Shown here: piece after piece, positions 17,696 through 28,282 of the stretch
Numbering within the stretch: position 1 is the first letter of the stretch
Layout: each line of letters starts with the position of its first letter
IMG/VR virus record: IMGVR_UViG_3300008050_007409
Origin: a virus
DNA: 64,000 nt
Direction: 5' to 3' (one strand)
Notes under the pieces: generated by a model
Told to the model about the DNA's origin: nothing
Seen by the model: the letters and a program-made list of their open reading frames with translations, nothing else
The model's database searches: none
Program-made: the position numbers and the translations under genes

Positions 17696-20300
17696 AGGTG
17701 ATCGAGTCGGTGTCCGCGAGGTAGTGGTTGATCCTCGTGGTCGAGTGCTTGTCGGTGATGTGCTCGCCGATCCACTGGCGGTTGCGGCCGCAGCTGATGA
17801 CCGATCCCTGCAGCGGCATCTTCACGTACTCGGCGCCGGCGGCGTAGAGCTCATCGACCAGGTCCGAGATCTCGAAGTCGTCCTGCGGGTCCATGGCCAG
17901 CAGGAAGTCGATGACCGCCTCGTCGGCGTCGTCGGCGTCCAGGTCGGTGACCGGAGACATGATCACCACGGAGGGCATCATGTGCCGGATGAGGATGTCC
18001 TCCCCGACCGGGCGGTTGTCCTCGTGCTCCACGTAGTCCTGCAGGTCCTGGTAGCCCTCGGCGTAGTCGTAGGTGAGGCGGAGGACGTAGGAGGTCGAGG
18101 TGCTGCGGAGATCCTTGGTGTCGTTCACGTACCTGGTCAACGCCATGTACGTGTGCTCCTTGGTCGAGTAGGCGAGCTCGCTCTCCTGGGCGTGGAGGTA
18201 GTAGCCCTCGGCGAAGAAGCTGTCGGTGCTCGAGGTCACCGCCATGAAGGTGTCGATGTCCTGGTTGCCGGCTGATCCCTTGGCCGTCGCCTCCGCCTCG
18301 AGGTCGATGTAGTAGAGGCCCGTCTCCGCATCCAGGGCCATGCCCCGGCCGTCATCAGAGACCAGGTCAGCCTCCAGGCAGCCCTCCAGACCGTCAGGGC
18401 TCGACAGGATCACCGTCCCACTGTCCTCGCGGATGTCGAAGGTGGTCTTCCCGGAGCCTCCGTCGTAGACGGGCTCGCTCATGATGGTCCAGTACTCGGC
18501 GCCACCGTAGAGCCGGTTCCCTGGCTTCAGGTTCGGATCGCTGGTCAGATCCCCAGAGACCTCGCAGGAGTTGCTGTCGATGGTGTAGTTGCCGCTGGAG
18601 ACCGAGACGTAGTCCACCAGGTAGGTCACCACGCCATCGGGGCTGAACCGGAAGTCGGGGCCGACGAAGAAGTTGACCGGGTCCTTGAAGTAGATCCGCA
18701 CGGTGCCGGTGGCCTTGGTGCTGGCGTCACCACCCTCGAAGGCGGTCAGGGCCTTCATGGTCAGGATGTTGGCCAGAGGGATCGTGTCTCCGGTCTCCGT
18801 GAGGTCCAGGGAGTCCAGGAAGGCCACGCTCTTGACCCGCACCAGGGGGAGCTCCAGGTTGGCGTCGGCGATGTTCTCGGTGACCTTGACGTAGTCGCCG
18901 TCGCCGTCGGTGTAGGCCGTGAGGTCCGCGCTGCCGGGGATGACGAAGACCACATCGTCGTCGTCGTCGGTGACCACGCTGCCGTCGCTCTCGGCGACCA
19001 GGTTCCAGAGCGGGACCGTGAGGAGGTAGGCCTTCCCGTCGTTGTGGACTGACCGATCCACGTAGGTCACGATCTCGTAGGTCTGCTCGGACAGGGCGGG
19101 ATCGATGGAGGAGGCCAGCGTCAGGGTGGTCGCGGTCCTGCTGTTGATCTCGATCACCTCCTCCCCCAGCTTGAGGAAGTCGCCTCCGGAGACGCCTCGG
19201 GAGGAGAACCGGCCGTACTCGTCCCGGAACGTCGTCGTCGGTCCAGATCCGGGGTTCGTGTAGCCGTGCGTCCCGGCCCAGACCCTGAGCCCCTGGTCGG
19301 TCACGTTCTCGATGTCCAGGGACTCCTCGGTGGGGGTCGTGGTGAACAGCCAGATGTCGGTCTTGCCACCGATGTGGACGGTCTGGCCGGACCCGACCAG
19401 GCTCGGGTCCGCGCCGACGTAGCCGCCGGGGATGCCGGAGATGTCGACGGGGCCTGTGATCACGTCCCGGAGCATGAGGCTGTCGCCCATGCCCACGATC
19501 TCGATGTCGTCGATCGAGCTGAACTCCGCCTGCAGGACGGTCCTGCAGCCACGCAGGACGGCCAGGTTCCGGATCGTGATCGACTCCTTTGCCCTGGTGA
19601 TGCCCTCCAGCTTGGTCTCGTCGTCGTCGCCGGCGGTCGCGGCGGACTTGTTGGTGACCCGGACGACTCCTGCGATCCCCTGCACGGAGATGATGGACCC
19701 CTTGTCCACGTTGTAGGACTCGCCGGCGGCCTCGGCCTCCAGGGTCACGTCGAAGTAGTAGAGCGAGCCCTCCTGGTTGAAGCTCATCGACGTGCTGGTG
19801 ATCGTCTGGGTCTGGGTCGGGAAGAAGTTCAGACCGCTGCCGGTCGAGAACTGGCTCAGGGCTGTCACCACCACGGTCTGCGCGGAGGTGAAGTACATGC
19901 GCGCCGTGACCGTGGCCTTCTCGCCGACCTTGAGCTCGGTGAAGAAGTTGGCCAGCAGGGAGTTGACCTCCGGACGCGTCATGGCCTCGTAGTTGTCCAG
20001 GGACGCTGCGACCTTGATCCCGGCGAGCTCGCGCTTGTAGGGCTCCATGCCCACGGTCAGAGGCCGGGCGATCAGGTCTCTGGTCCCCGAGCCCTCACCC
20101 ACGTCGATGCCGTCGATGTTCTCCTCGAGGTGGGCGGCGACGAGCAGCTCGACATCTGTGGCGAGGGGGTCATCTCCGATCCGCTTCATCAGCGGGGTGA
20201 TCACCTTGGTGTAGAAGGCGGACCCGCTCGACGTGTCGATGGAGCTGTCGTAGTCGGACACCAGCTCTTGGATCAGCTCGATCATGGTCGTGTCGGCCAT
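17679..20300 (-). CDS. baseplate J-like (gp6/gp47) wedge protein
   Basis: GEGSGTRDLIARP, GEKATVTARMYF, LEAEAAGESYNV, VTNKSAATAGDDDET motifs typical of baseplate J. Confidence 0.85.
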   Translation of the reverse strand: MADTTMIELIQELVSDYDSSIDTSSGSAFYTKVITPLMKRIGDDPLATDVELLVAAHLEENIDGIDVGEGSGTRDLIARPLTVGMEPYKRELAGIKVAASLDNYEAMTRPEVNSLLANFFTELKVGEKATVTARMYFTSAQTVVVTALSQFSTGSGLNFFPTQTQTITSTSMSFNQEGSLYYFDVTLEAEAAGESYNVDKGSIISVQGIAGVVRVTNKSAATAGDDDETKLEGITRAKESITIRNLAVLRGCRTVLQAEFSSIDDIEIVGMGDSLMLRDVITGPVDISGIPGGYVGADPSLVGSGQTVHIGGKTDIWLFTTTPTEESLDIENVTDQGLRVWAGTHGYTNPGSGPTTTFRDEYGRFSSRGVSGGDFLKLGEEVIEINSRTATTLTLASSIDPALSEQTYEIVTYVDRSVHNDGKAYLLTVPLWNLVAESDGSVVTDDDDDVVFVIPGSADLTAYTDGDGDYVKVTENIADANLELPLVRVKSVAFLDSLDLTETGDTIPLANILTMKALTAFEGGDASTKATGTVRIYFKDPVNFFVGPDFRFSPDGVVTYLVDYVSVSSGNYTIDSNSCEVSGDLTSDPNLKPGNRLYGGAEYWTIMSEPVYDGGSGKTTFDIREDSGTVILSSPDGLEGCLEADLVSDDGRGMALDAETGLYYIDLEAEATAKGSAGNQDIDTFMAVTSSTDSFFAEGYYLHAQESELAYSTKEHTYMALTRYVNDTKDLRSTSTSYVLRLTYDYAEGYQDLQDYVEHEDNRPVGEDILIRHMMPSVVIMSPVTDLDADDADEAVIDFLLAMDPQDDFEISDLVDELYAAGAEYVKMPLQGSVISCGRNRQWIGEHITDKHSTTRINHYLADTDSITSTEDS

Positions 20301-20309
20301 CAGAATTCC

Positions 20310-20972
20310 TCAGAGCACCAGGGGCACGGAGACTGCCTGCCCTGCGTAGGTGGTCACGCTCAGGTAGGCCACAGCCTGCTGGCTCTCCGGGTTGAAGGAT
20401 ACCCGAGTGAACGTGAAGGACAGCAGCCTCTCAGACGGCGGGAGAGCCCTGCCAGCCTGGGCTGCGATGAACTGGGTCTCCGTCCGGGACGCCGCCTCCG
20501 TGAAGACGGCGGCGAGCTGGGCCTTGGAGCTGGGATCCAGGGTCAGGCCCAGGGCCCGGAGAACGTCTCCGCCCTCTGCCCTGTTGAACCGGTTCGAGCC
20601 CGAGTTGGAGAGCATCGACTTGACCAGCTGCTGGATCAGCTTCTGGACGCCCGTGACCTTGGTGATGTTGAAGGTCGGGGTGAAGACCAGGCGCACCCGG
20701 TTCCCAGAGGTCCACCTGGACGACACGATGGTGATCGCCATCTGACTGGTCGTGGTGTCCTCGAAGCTGTCGCCAGGGAACACCAGCAGGGTGCGGTCTG
20801 ACACCGCCGAGAAGTCCGTGATGTCCAGGCCGTTGATGCTGACGGTCTTGGCGTAGCGGACGTCCCCGTCACAGACGAGGCGTACAGCTCGCGGGTCCGA
20901 GTCCAGAACCTCGGAGGCGGACAGAACCCGGATGTCGTCTGCGATGGACAGGAACTGGATGTCGAAGCTCAC
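20310..20972 (-). CDS. gp25/GpW-like baseplate protein
   Basis: VTGVQKLIQQLVKSMLSNSGSN..GG, directly upstream of baseplate J. Confidence 0.7.
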   Translation of the reverse strand: MSFDIQFLSIADDIRVLSASEVLDSDPRAVRLVCDGDVRYAKTVSINGLDITDFSAVSDRTLLVFPGDSFEDTTTSQMAITIVSSRWTSGNRVRLVFTPTFNITKVTGVQKLIQQLVKSMLSNSGSNRFNRAEGGDVLRALGLTLDPSSKAQLAAVFTEAASRTETQFIAAQAGRALPPSERLLSFTFTRVSFNPESQQAVAYLSVTTYAGQAVSVPLVL

Positions 20973-23900
20973 TCGCCCTCCACCGTCTCGAATTCATCAG
21001 GGTTCTCGATCATGTAGTCGAGGGCAGCGTCGGCCGCTTCCTTCGTCTCGATGATCCTGTCCTTCTTCGACCCGGAGACAGCGATCCACGGGAGGGTGGG
21101 ATCAGTGTCGGTGATGAGATCGCTCTCCACCTCTCCGTTGAGCTCGAAGATGGCACGAGAGAGGGCCTCGTCCAAGCCCATCTCCGCAGCCTCGTAGGTT
21201 CTGGTCTCCGCTGCCAGGTACTCGGCCAGGTCGGCCAGGGCGATGCGGATCTCCACCTCTTCCGGGACCGTGGTGGACGTGTTGGTCCCGGAGTAGTCCG
21301 AGGAGGTGGACTCGTCGGGGTTCTCCCCTGCGACGTTGCTGCTGGCCGCGGAGCTCCCTGACGACGTTCCCGACAGGGCGGTGGACTGGCCCAGTGTGTT
21401 GACGGCCACCGCGGCCGACGCGGAGTAGGAGCTGTCCCCGGCCGACATCTCCGACAGGGCCTCGAGGTCTCCGGCCTTGATGGCGTCGACCGCCTTGTCC
21501 ATGCTGAGCTGCTCGAACAGCGCGGTAACCGCGGAGGTCTCGCTGTTGGCCGGTACCTCGAAGGCAGTGGCCACGTCCTGGATGGCCTCGATCTGGGAGT
21601 AGAGACCGTCGCTCTCGTTGAAGATCTCGTCCAGGACGTAGGAGACGCTGTTCCGGACGATGCTGTAGGTCGTGACGGTCTGACTCGACTCGAACTCGTG
21701 GTACAGCGTGAGGGCGCTGTACGTGGGGTCTGAGTGATCCACGGTCTCCACGTAGGAGAAGACCTCCCCGTCGTCGGAGAGCGTCATGTAGACCTGATCT
21801 CCGGCCTGGATGTCCGCCTCCTTGGTCACGTGGAGGGTCGGAGTGGTGTCGTCGGCGTCGGAGTCGTCCTCCAGCGTGGCCGTCCCTCCCGGTGATGCGA
21901 CGATCTCGACCTTGGCCTCGCCGCCGAAGTCGGCAATCACCTCGGCCAGATGGAGCTTCAGGTCGTCCAGGTCCTCGTCCAGGTCCAGCTGCTCGAGCAA
22001 GTAGCGGAGCAGGAGGAAGCGGCCCCAGGCCTGTGCCCCGTTGCGGGTGATGACGAAGGTCTGGTCCGTCAGCCCAGCGGAGATGCGCGGGTTGAGCTCC
22101 ACCGTCCCGGCGCCGGCGTCGACCTCCTCGATCTCGTAGACCTCGGATCGGCCCCAGACCGTGAGCAGGTCCCCGGCCTCGACCAGGCTGAGGTCGATGG
22201 GTGAGCCCTCGGTGTCGTCACCTGGTGTGAAGGTGACGGTCTTCATCTCCTCGAAGTCCAGCACCTTGTAGGAGACGGGCCCCTTGGACAGCGGCATCCC
22301 CTTGTCGATGATCACAGCCTCAGCAATGCCATCGCCGTCGAGGTCGCTGACCCCCACGACCTTCGCCTTGATCATCTGACTGCCCATGACGTGCACGGTG
22401 GAGCCCTCGACCCAGTCGTCGGGGACGGAGCCGGTACCGAAGCCCCCGTCCGCGAGGAAGGCCGCGTCCCGGTCCACCAGGTAGGTCGTGTCGAGATTGG
22501 TGCCGGGGAGCACCACGAACCAGGTGAGGTCCTTCCCGACCGAGGCTGGGAGGGAGGTCCGGAGCTTGAGGACGTGCTCGTCGGCGATGTCCACGATCTG
22601 GACTCGGCGGGAGCCCGTCACCAGCTCCATCCCCGGCTTGACCGTGTCGAAGATGGCGTAGCTCAGACCCGACTGCCCGGCGTCGAGCTGTGCAGAGACC
22701 TTCACCTCGCTGGCGCTGATCACCTCGATGATGATCACGTCCTGCTGATCGGGGCCGTTGGGGTCCAGCCGGATGATGTCGCCCAGGGCAGAGCTGCCAA
22801 AGGGGCTGTTCACGGTGTCGGTGAACACGTCCGTGGTCAGGCCTCTCCAGATCTCCCAGTCCTGCCAGGGGGTCTCCAGCACGTCCACCCGGTCCTTGAT
22901 GCGGATCGTGTACGCCGGCGACGTGGAATCGTAGGGATCTTCCCGCACGGCGAAGTAGACCTGGTAGGCGTTCCCGTCGTGCACCAGGTAGCAGGCGTCG
23001 CGAGAGCCGTCGTAGGTGATCGTTCCCGCGACGCTGTTGTCGTCCCCGTTGTCGTCGGTGAAGTCCAGGAAGTCGATCTTGCTCCCGTAGCTGTCGCTGA
23101 AGGCGAAGAGCCAGGTCTTGTCGTCCTGGGGCGACACGTGCCAACCCGTGTAGAAGGCCGGGTTGTCGGCGTCGTTGGGGAGCGAGTCGTCCAGCTCCAG
23201 CCAGTAGAGGCCGATCTCCGGATAGGCGTTGCGGTCGTCTGGGTTGTACTTCAGGTTGTAGTCGCCCTCGTGGGACGACATGGCTGAGGCGGTGATCACC
23301 AGCTTGTAGCCAGGGCTCTCTGCCAGGGTGTCCTTCAACAGCCCGGCGTAGACGATCACGTCCTGGCTGTTGAAGAAGTACGTGCTGTCCGGGGAGATGT
23401 GCCAGGTGATCTGGGTCGAGTGCTCCGTGAAGGGGGTGTCGACCTTGAGGTAGTTCTGACCCACCACCTCGGAGATGGTGTGCGCCTCTCCTCCTATGCC
23501 GATGGGCGTGCCCGTACCGGAGCCCTCGTGGAGGTAGAGCTTGTCGCCGGCGACGATGCCCTTGGTGAGGAACTCCCCGTCCGGATCGTAGAACAGGTCC
23601 GTGTAGTCCTCAGGGTGGAAGTAGACCTCGACCTGGGAGTCCTCGAATCCTGAGAACACTCCATCGATCTGCACGATGTTGTCGGAGATCAAGGCTGTGA
23701 TCTCGTAATCGCCTTCGGCGTCCCCTCCGGTGTAGACCCTGGCCACGTCCCCGACCTGCACCAGGGCATCGAAGAAGCTCCCCGCGGTGTAGATGTAGTC
23801 CGGTCCGATCGTGCTCGTATCCGTGACGCTGGCCCCGTTGTAGACGATGCAGAAGACGTCTGTCTCGTAGCTGGCGATCGTGCTGTCCAGCATGATGCGG

Positions 23901-25735
23901 TCTTCGGAGATCACCGAGTCCACCTGGAACAGCTCCCGGTAGTCGCCGTCCACGGACTTGAGGTAGACGTAGTCGCCGATGGCGACGCTGTCGGTGACGA
24001 AGGTGGCCGTGCTGTCGTAGACGACGTAGTTCGAGCAGCGGGCCTTGACCTTCCAGTTCTTCCCGGAGAGAGCTGGCATGGATCGAGCGGACTCATCCAC
24101 GGTGAACCAGGTCGAGACGATGCCGTCGATCCTCCAGTAGACAGCGTCGGCAGAGACGCCAGAGATCTCCAGTAGATCGCCTACTGACACGCCGAGAGCG
24201 GTGAAGTCAGCGACGTTGGTGTCGAACCAGCGGTTGCTCGCGCTCTGGCCGGAGGAGGTGAATTGATCGTGAGTGGAGGGGTAGGTCCCGGCCTCGGCGT
24301 TCGCCACGCCGCTCTTGCCCAGAGGCTTCCCTCCGAGCTGACCGTCGACCGGCTTCATCTTGAAGGGCCACTTTGTCCCGGACTTCTGCCCCGTGAGGGC
24401 ATGGTCAGACGTGACCACCGAGCTCTGCCGCAGCTTCTTGCTGTTCAGGCCGTTGGTCGAGCCGTCGTCGTCCTCCAGGCGTCGATCCGTGAGGAAGATG
24501 CCGCCGCCTCCGGAGACCACCACGTTGGAGCCAGTCGCGCCGTCGCTGTACTCGGTCCAGAAGCTCTCGCCGGTGTCCTTGAAGTAGGTCCCGAGCATGT
24601 CCTCGAGGACCAAGTACCTGTCGTCCGAGGTGATGTCGTTCGGGATCTCAGGGGTGGTCGTGAGCTCCGTCGCCGTGACCGTCAGGATCCGGTAGCACTG
24701 AGCGGTGTGCACCAGGAACAGGAAGTGGTCTGGCTTCACGCCGTCCACTACGAAGGCGGCCCCGGAGTCCCGGAAGGTGTCGGTGAGGATGTCGCCGTCG
24801 CCGTCGTCTACGGCCTCTCCATGCCCACCTGCTAGAGGGTCCAGGTGGATGCGGCCGCCAGTCCCGAATCGAGCCCCAGAAGGCAGATCCACCACACTGA
24901 TCGGCTCTGGTACGCCCTTGCCCTGCCGCTGGAGGTAGTCCTTCGGCGTGGAGCCCTCGATGGCCGGGACGACCATCTTGGTCCCGGTGTAGTCCGGCGC
25001 GGTCTGGATGATCTTCAGGACTGCCCGGCTGGCTGCCAGGTCGATGAGGACCTGCTCCGCCAGGGCGGCCTGCTCGCTGGAGTTCGCCCCCTCCAGGTCC
25101 TTGATGGTCTGGGCGAGCTGCTTCCGGATCGCAAGGATCAGCTCGGAGGCGACCTTGGACTTCAGGTCGACCTCGAGGAAGGCATCGACCTGGGCGAGGA
25201 GGTCGTCCTTCTTGGCAAGCACGTCCAGCCACAGCGGCTCGAGTCCGGCGTAGACTGCCTTGGCCTCGTCCCTGATCACCACCCGGTTGCGGTTGGTGAC
25301 GTTGGGCATCACCTCGTCGGCGACGAAGTCCTCCAGGTCGCCCGTGAAGCCGTCCAGGTAGTTGTCGCTGAGAGTCCCCTCGGCGACGGAGCCGGAGAGC
25401 TGGGAGAGCTTCGTCCGGGCGCTGCGCAGCTTGGTGAAGTCGCTGATGAAGTAGGGGGCCTCGTCCCGGAGCGACAGCAGCAGATCGTCGCTGGCGAGCT
25501 TGGCCATTGCGTCGAGGATGCTCTGCAGGTCCTCGCCCCACGACGTGACCGCCATCGACAGCGGGTAGAAGGGCGCCTCGATGTCCATGAGCATCGACGT
25601 GCGGGCGATCTGAAGCGCCCTCTCGACGACCTTCTCCTGGTCGAGAGCCCCGGTGTCTGCATCACGGGAGACCTCGAGCGTCCTCGGGAGGAACTTCTCG
25701 ACGGCCGCCTGTACCTGTTCCGCTGTGATCGCCAT
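20969..25735 (-). CDS. giant acidic virion protein with repeated beta modules (1588 aa)
   Basis: Helical N- and C-termini; about 8-10 copies of F-x-D..F...GV..GD-x-L...Y-x-I..V. Confidence 0.75.
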   Translation of the reverse strand: MAITAEQVQAAVEKFLPRTLEVSRDADTGALDQEKVVERALQIARTSMLMDIEAPFYPLSMAVTSWGEDLQSILDAMAKLASDDLLLSLRDEAPYFISDFTKLRSARTKLSQLSGSVAEGTLSDNYLDGFTGDLEDFVADEVMPNVTNRNRVVIRDEAKAVYAGLEPLWLDVLAKKDDLLAQVDAFLEVDLKSKVASELILAIRKQLAQTIKDLEGANSSEQAALAEQVLIDLAASRAVLKIIQTAPDYTGTKMVVPAIEGSTPKDYLQRQGKGVPEPISVVDLPSGARFGTGGRIHLDPLAGGHGEAVDDGDGDILTDTFRDSGAAFVVDGVKPDHFLFLVHTAQCYRILTVTATELTTTPEIPNDITSDDRYLVLEDMLGTYFKDTGESFWTEYSDGATGSNVVVSGGGGIFLTDRRLEDDDGSTNGLNSKKLRQSSVVTSDHALTGQKSGTKWPFKMKPVDGQLGGKPLGKSGVANAEAGTYPSTHDQFTSSGQSASNRWFDTNVADFTALGVSVGDLLEISGVSADAVYWRIDGIVSTWFTVDESARSMPALSGKNWKVKARCSNYVVYDSTATFVTDSVAIGDYVYLKSVDGDYRELFQVDSVISEDRIMLDSTIASYETDVFCIVYNGASVTDTSTIGPDYIYTAGSFFDALVQVGDVARVYTGGDAEGDYEITALISDNIVQIDGVFSGFEDSQVEVYFHPEDYTDLFYDPDGEFLTKGIVAGDKLYLHEGSGTGTPIGIGGEAHTISEVVGQNYLKVDTPFTEHSTQITWHISPDSTYFFNSQDVIVYAGLLKDTLAESPGYKLVITASAMSSHEGDYNLKYNPDDRNAYPEIGLYWLELDDSLPNDADNPAFYTGWHVSPQDDKTWLFAFSDSYGSKIDFLDFTDDNGDDNSVAGTITYDGSRDACYLVHDGNAYQVYFAVREDPYDSTSPAYTIRIKDRVDVLETPWQDWEIWRGLTTDVFTDTVNSPFGSSALGDIIRLDPNGPDQQDVIIIEVISASEVKVSAQLDAGQSGLSYAIFDTVKPGMELVTGSRRVQIVDIADEHVLKLRTSLPASVGKDLTWFVVLPGTNLDTTYLVDRDAAFLADGGFGTGSVPDDWVEGSTVHVMGSQMIKAKVVGVSDLDGDGIAEAVIIDKGMPLSKGPVSYKVLDFEEMKTVTFTPGDDTEGSPIDLSLVEAGDLLTVWGRSEVYEIEEVDAGAGTVELNPRISAGLTDQTFVITRNGAQAWGRFLLLRYLLEQLDLDEDLDDLKLHLAEVIADFGGEAKVEIVASPGGTATLEDDSDADDTTPTLHVTKEADIQAGDQVYMTLSDDGEVFSYVETVDHSDPTYSALTLYHEFESSQTVTTYSIVRNSVSYVLDEIFNESDGLYSQIEAIQDVATAFEVPANSETSAVTALFEQLSMDKAVDAIKAGDLEALSEMSAGDSSYSASAAVAVNTLGQSTALSGTSSGSSAASSNVAGENPDESTSSDYSGTNTSTTVPEEVEIRIALADLAEYLAAETRTYEAAEMGLDEALSRAIFELNGEVESDLITDTDPTLPWIAVSGSKKDRIIETKEAADAALDYMIENPDEFETVEGE

Positions 25736-25758
25736 GAAGCCAGTCTATCGGTTCTCGA

Positions 25759-26814
25759 CTACGCCAGCATGAGCGCTCCGTAGATGCGCCTCCTCTGTGC
25801 CGGCGACATCTGGTCCAGGTGGCCCTTTCCGGTGAGATCCTCGGACATCGACATGAACGCCCCGGAGCCGGGGAGATGGCTATCAGATTCGATCCCCTTG
25901 GACTTGGCGAGTCTGTGGATCTGAGCCGGAGAGGGTCCGGAGCCCGGTCCCCGCTTCTCCACCCCAGCTCCTACAGCCATGCCAGCTCCAGGCATCATCA
26001 AGGCCAGCGTCAGCTTGCCCTTCTTGAAGTACTCGTGCCGGCCTCCGTCTCCCTTGATGCCGGCGGCCTCACGCTGCAGACGGGACGCCCTCTCCGACCC
26101 TCTCGAAGCTGGGAAGCCGCCCTTCGGGGCGATCTTCACAGAAGAGATCGGAGATGCTCGAACCTCCTCTCCTGGGAGCTCCTTGAAGCCTTTGGAGAGG
26201 ACCTGATCGATCTTCTTCGTCCGGTAGAAGTCTGCCTGCCAAGCCCCACGCTTCCTGGCCATGAGCTGGGCCTTCACCACCTTCGGGTCCTTCCTCATGT
26301 GGACGAAGACGTCGAAGCTACCGGGATCGGCTTCGGCGAGCATGTGGGTCTGCTCGTAGACTCCGGGCTTGACCTGCTTGCGTGAGAGGGTTGAGATCTG
26401 CTGCGCAGTCATGTTCGGCTTGTCGTAGTGGAAGACCCTCGTACCGGCTTGCTCCGCCAGGGCCTTGGCCGTGGTGCTCTTGCCCGTACCTCCGGTACCC
26501 GAGACTGCGATCCGAGACTTCTTCGGATCCACTCCTGCGTCCTTGAGCGCCTTCAAGATCCGGGCAGCCTCGTCCTTCGCTCCTTGAGGTAGGGGTCGAG
26601 CTGCATCCACCTTCCGAGAACCTCCCTTGCCGACTCCCTTGATCATGGCCCGGAGATTGGCCCGAGTGCCCGGAAGTCGACTGAGGCCCAGAGCCGTTCC
26701 CGCCGCGGCTCCGATGGCGACCCCTCTCCAGGGGAACTTCCGCCTCTTCCGAGAGGCTCCCAGCTTCTCGATCTCGTCCCAGAAGTAGGTCGCTGACGTG
26801 GTGGAGATGTTCAT
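25759..26814 (-). CDS. leader-bearing basic protein with P-loop kinase-like domain
   Basis: YFWDEIEKLG leader; RIAVSGTGGTGKSTTAKALA Walker A; two Gly-rich hydrophobic helices. Confidence 0.75.
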   Translation of the reverse strand: MNISTTSATYFWDEIEKLGASRKRRKFPWRGVAIGAAAGTALGLSRLPGTRANLRAMIKGVGKGGSRKVDAARPLPQGAKDEAARILKALKDAGVDPKKSRIAVSGTGGTGKSTTAKALAEQAGTRVFHYDKPNMTAQQISTLSRKQVKPGVYEQTHMLAEADPGSFDVFVHMRKDPKVVKAQLMARKRGAWQADFYRTKKIDQVLSKGFKELPGEEVRASPISSVKIAPKGGFPASRGSERASRLQREAAGIKGDGGRHEYFKKGKLTLALMMPGAGMAVGAGVEKRGPGSGPSPAQIHRLAKSKGIESDSHLPGSGAFMSMSEDLTGKGHLDQMSPAQRRRIYGALMLA

Positions 26815-27485
26815 CAGGACACCGTGACCGTGATGGTGGGGAGGGTGATCGTCGGGTGCTGGAGCCTCTCGATCACGTCGCCATCAGGCTCCTGGTACTC
26901 GTTGACCTCGTCGGTGTCGACCTCGGTGATCTCGATGGTGACGGTCCCGGCCTTGAGGGCGCGGAAGGACAGGTTGGCCACCTGCACCACCACCGTCTCG
27001 TCGCTGATCTCAATCTCCAAGGCCCCCTGCACGGAGCTCCCCGCCTCCTCGCCGTTGGAAAGGGTGGTCGTGATGTCCAGGGTGAACTGCTCCTCGACCT
27101 CGGCCTCATAGTCATCGCCGTCGTCGAACTCGATCTCGGTGATGTAGGGGAAGATGAGCGCCACCAGGTCGATGGAGCTCTCCTCTGGGACCACGACGGT
27201 TCGGACCAGGTCCGATTCCCTGCCTGGGATCTCGATCCTGACCGTAGCGCCCTGGTAGAGGTCGAACTCGACGTAGCCGTCGCCGTCCGACTTGGCGGTC
27301 TGGTGCTCGTTGAGGATCAGCGTGTTCGAGCTCACCGCTGCCGGGATGTGGATGTTCCGCACCGTGAGCTTCTCGCTCACCAGAGCGTCGCCGTGCAGGT
27401 CCTTCAAGTAGCCGGACACCCGACACATGTCTGCGTCGGGTTCGCCGCTGCCGGAGATCGCTGTGCCTGTGACCGTGTACCCCAT
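26814..27485 (-). CDS. acidic Ig-like virion protein
   Basis: EISDETVVVQV..RALKAGTVTIEIT resembles Big_2; SDGDGYVEFDL prealbumin-like fold. Confidence 0.65.
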   Translation of the reverse strand: MGYTVTGTAISGSGEPDADMCRVSGYLKDLHGDALVSEKLTVRNIHIPAAVSSNTLILNEHQTAKSDGDGYVEFDLYQGATVRIEIPGRESDLVRTVVVPEESSIDLVALIFPYITEIEFDDGDDYEAEVEEQFTLDITTTLSNGEEAGSSVQGALEIEISDETVVVQVANLSFRALKAGTVTIEITEVDTDEVNEYQEPDGDVIERLQHPTITLPTITVTVS

Positions 27486-28282
27486 CAGGATCCTCCTCGG
27501 GCCTTGCCTGTCCAGTAGGCCTGTCCAGGCCCGCTGACGTGTCGCTTCCCGTCTGGGGTGAAGCTGTAGGACACGTTGTCCTTCCCGAGGACCTCGGACA
27601 TCTGACCCTCTGCTGTCATCCTCGAGGGGACCTTCACCACGCGCTTCTCCCCGATGGGGACGTCGCGAGCCGCCTTCCCACCCCAGGGGACGTGCTTCCG
27701 GGCCTTCCTCGCCCTGTCCAGGTAGAGGTCGAAGCTGTGGGACTTCTTCTGGCTGCGCAGGCGCTCCAGGACGGCCTCGGCCTCCCTGTGGCCCTTCAGC
27801 GTCTGCTCCAGGTCGTGCGCTACCTGGAGCTGCTCTGTGGAGCGGCCAACGCCCTTGACCTGCCCCTGGGCCTCCCGCAACTGCTTGATCCTCGCCCCGG
27901 AGCCAGAGACGTTGGACTTCTGCTTCCGGATGGCGATGTCCAGGGGCTTGAAGATCCTCTGGAAGGCCTCTCGGCTGAGTCTGGCGTCCCTGGCGGTGAG
28001 ATGCTTGCGTCGGATCGCGGAGGCCCCCAGACTCAGCGCAGCGGCTCCAGATCCACCCATGACGGCTGCCTTGCCCAGGCGCTTGAGGAAGTCCTGCTTC
28101 TCGCTCTTGGAGAGGTCCCTGCCGTAGATCTGACCGTTCTGGAGCCAGTAGCGGGGCTCCTTCGTCTGGAAGGTCTTGGTGGCGAGGAAGCCTCCAGCGC
28201 CGCCCCCCACGACCAGGCCGGCCAGAGCTTCCAGAGCTCTGGCCTTGGCAGGCGTCATGGCGGCAGTCTTGATCTGAGGCAT
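27485..28282 (-). CDS. basic protein with glycine-zipper helices
   Basis: MPQIKTAA N-terminus; LAGLVVGGGAGGFLA and AAVMGGSGAAALSLGA helices; K/R-rich. Confidence 0.7.
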   Translation of the reverse strand: MPQIKTAAMTPAKARALEALAGLVVGGGAGGFLATKTFQTKEPRYWLQNGQIYGRDLSKSEKQDFLKRLGKAAVMGGSGAAALSLGASAIRRKHLTARDARLSREAFQRIFKPLDIAIRKQKSNVSGSGARIKQLREAQGQVKGVGRSTEQLQVAHDLEQTLKGHREAEAVLERLRSQKKSHSFDLYLDRARKARKHVPWGGKAARDVPIGEKRVVKVPSRMTAEGQMSEVLGKDNVSYSFTPDGKRHVSGPGQAYWTGKARGGS

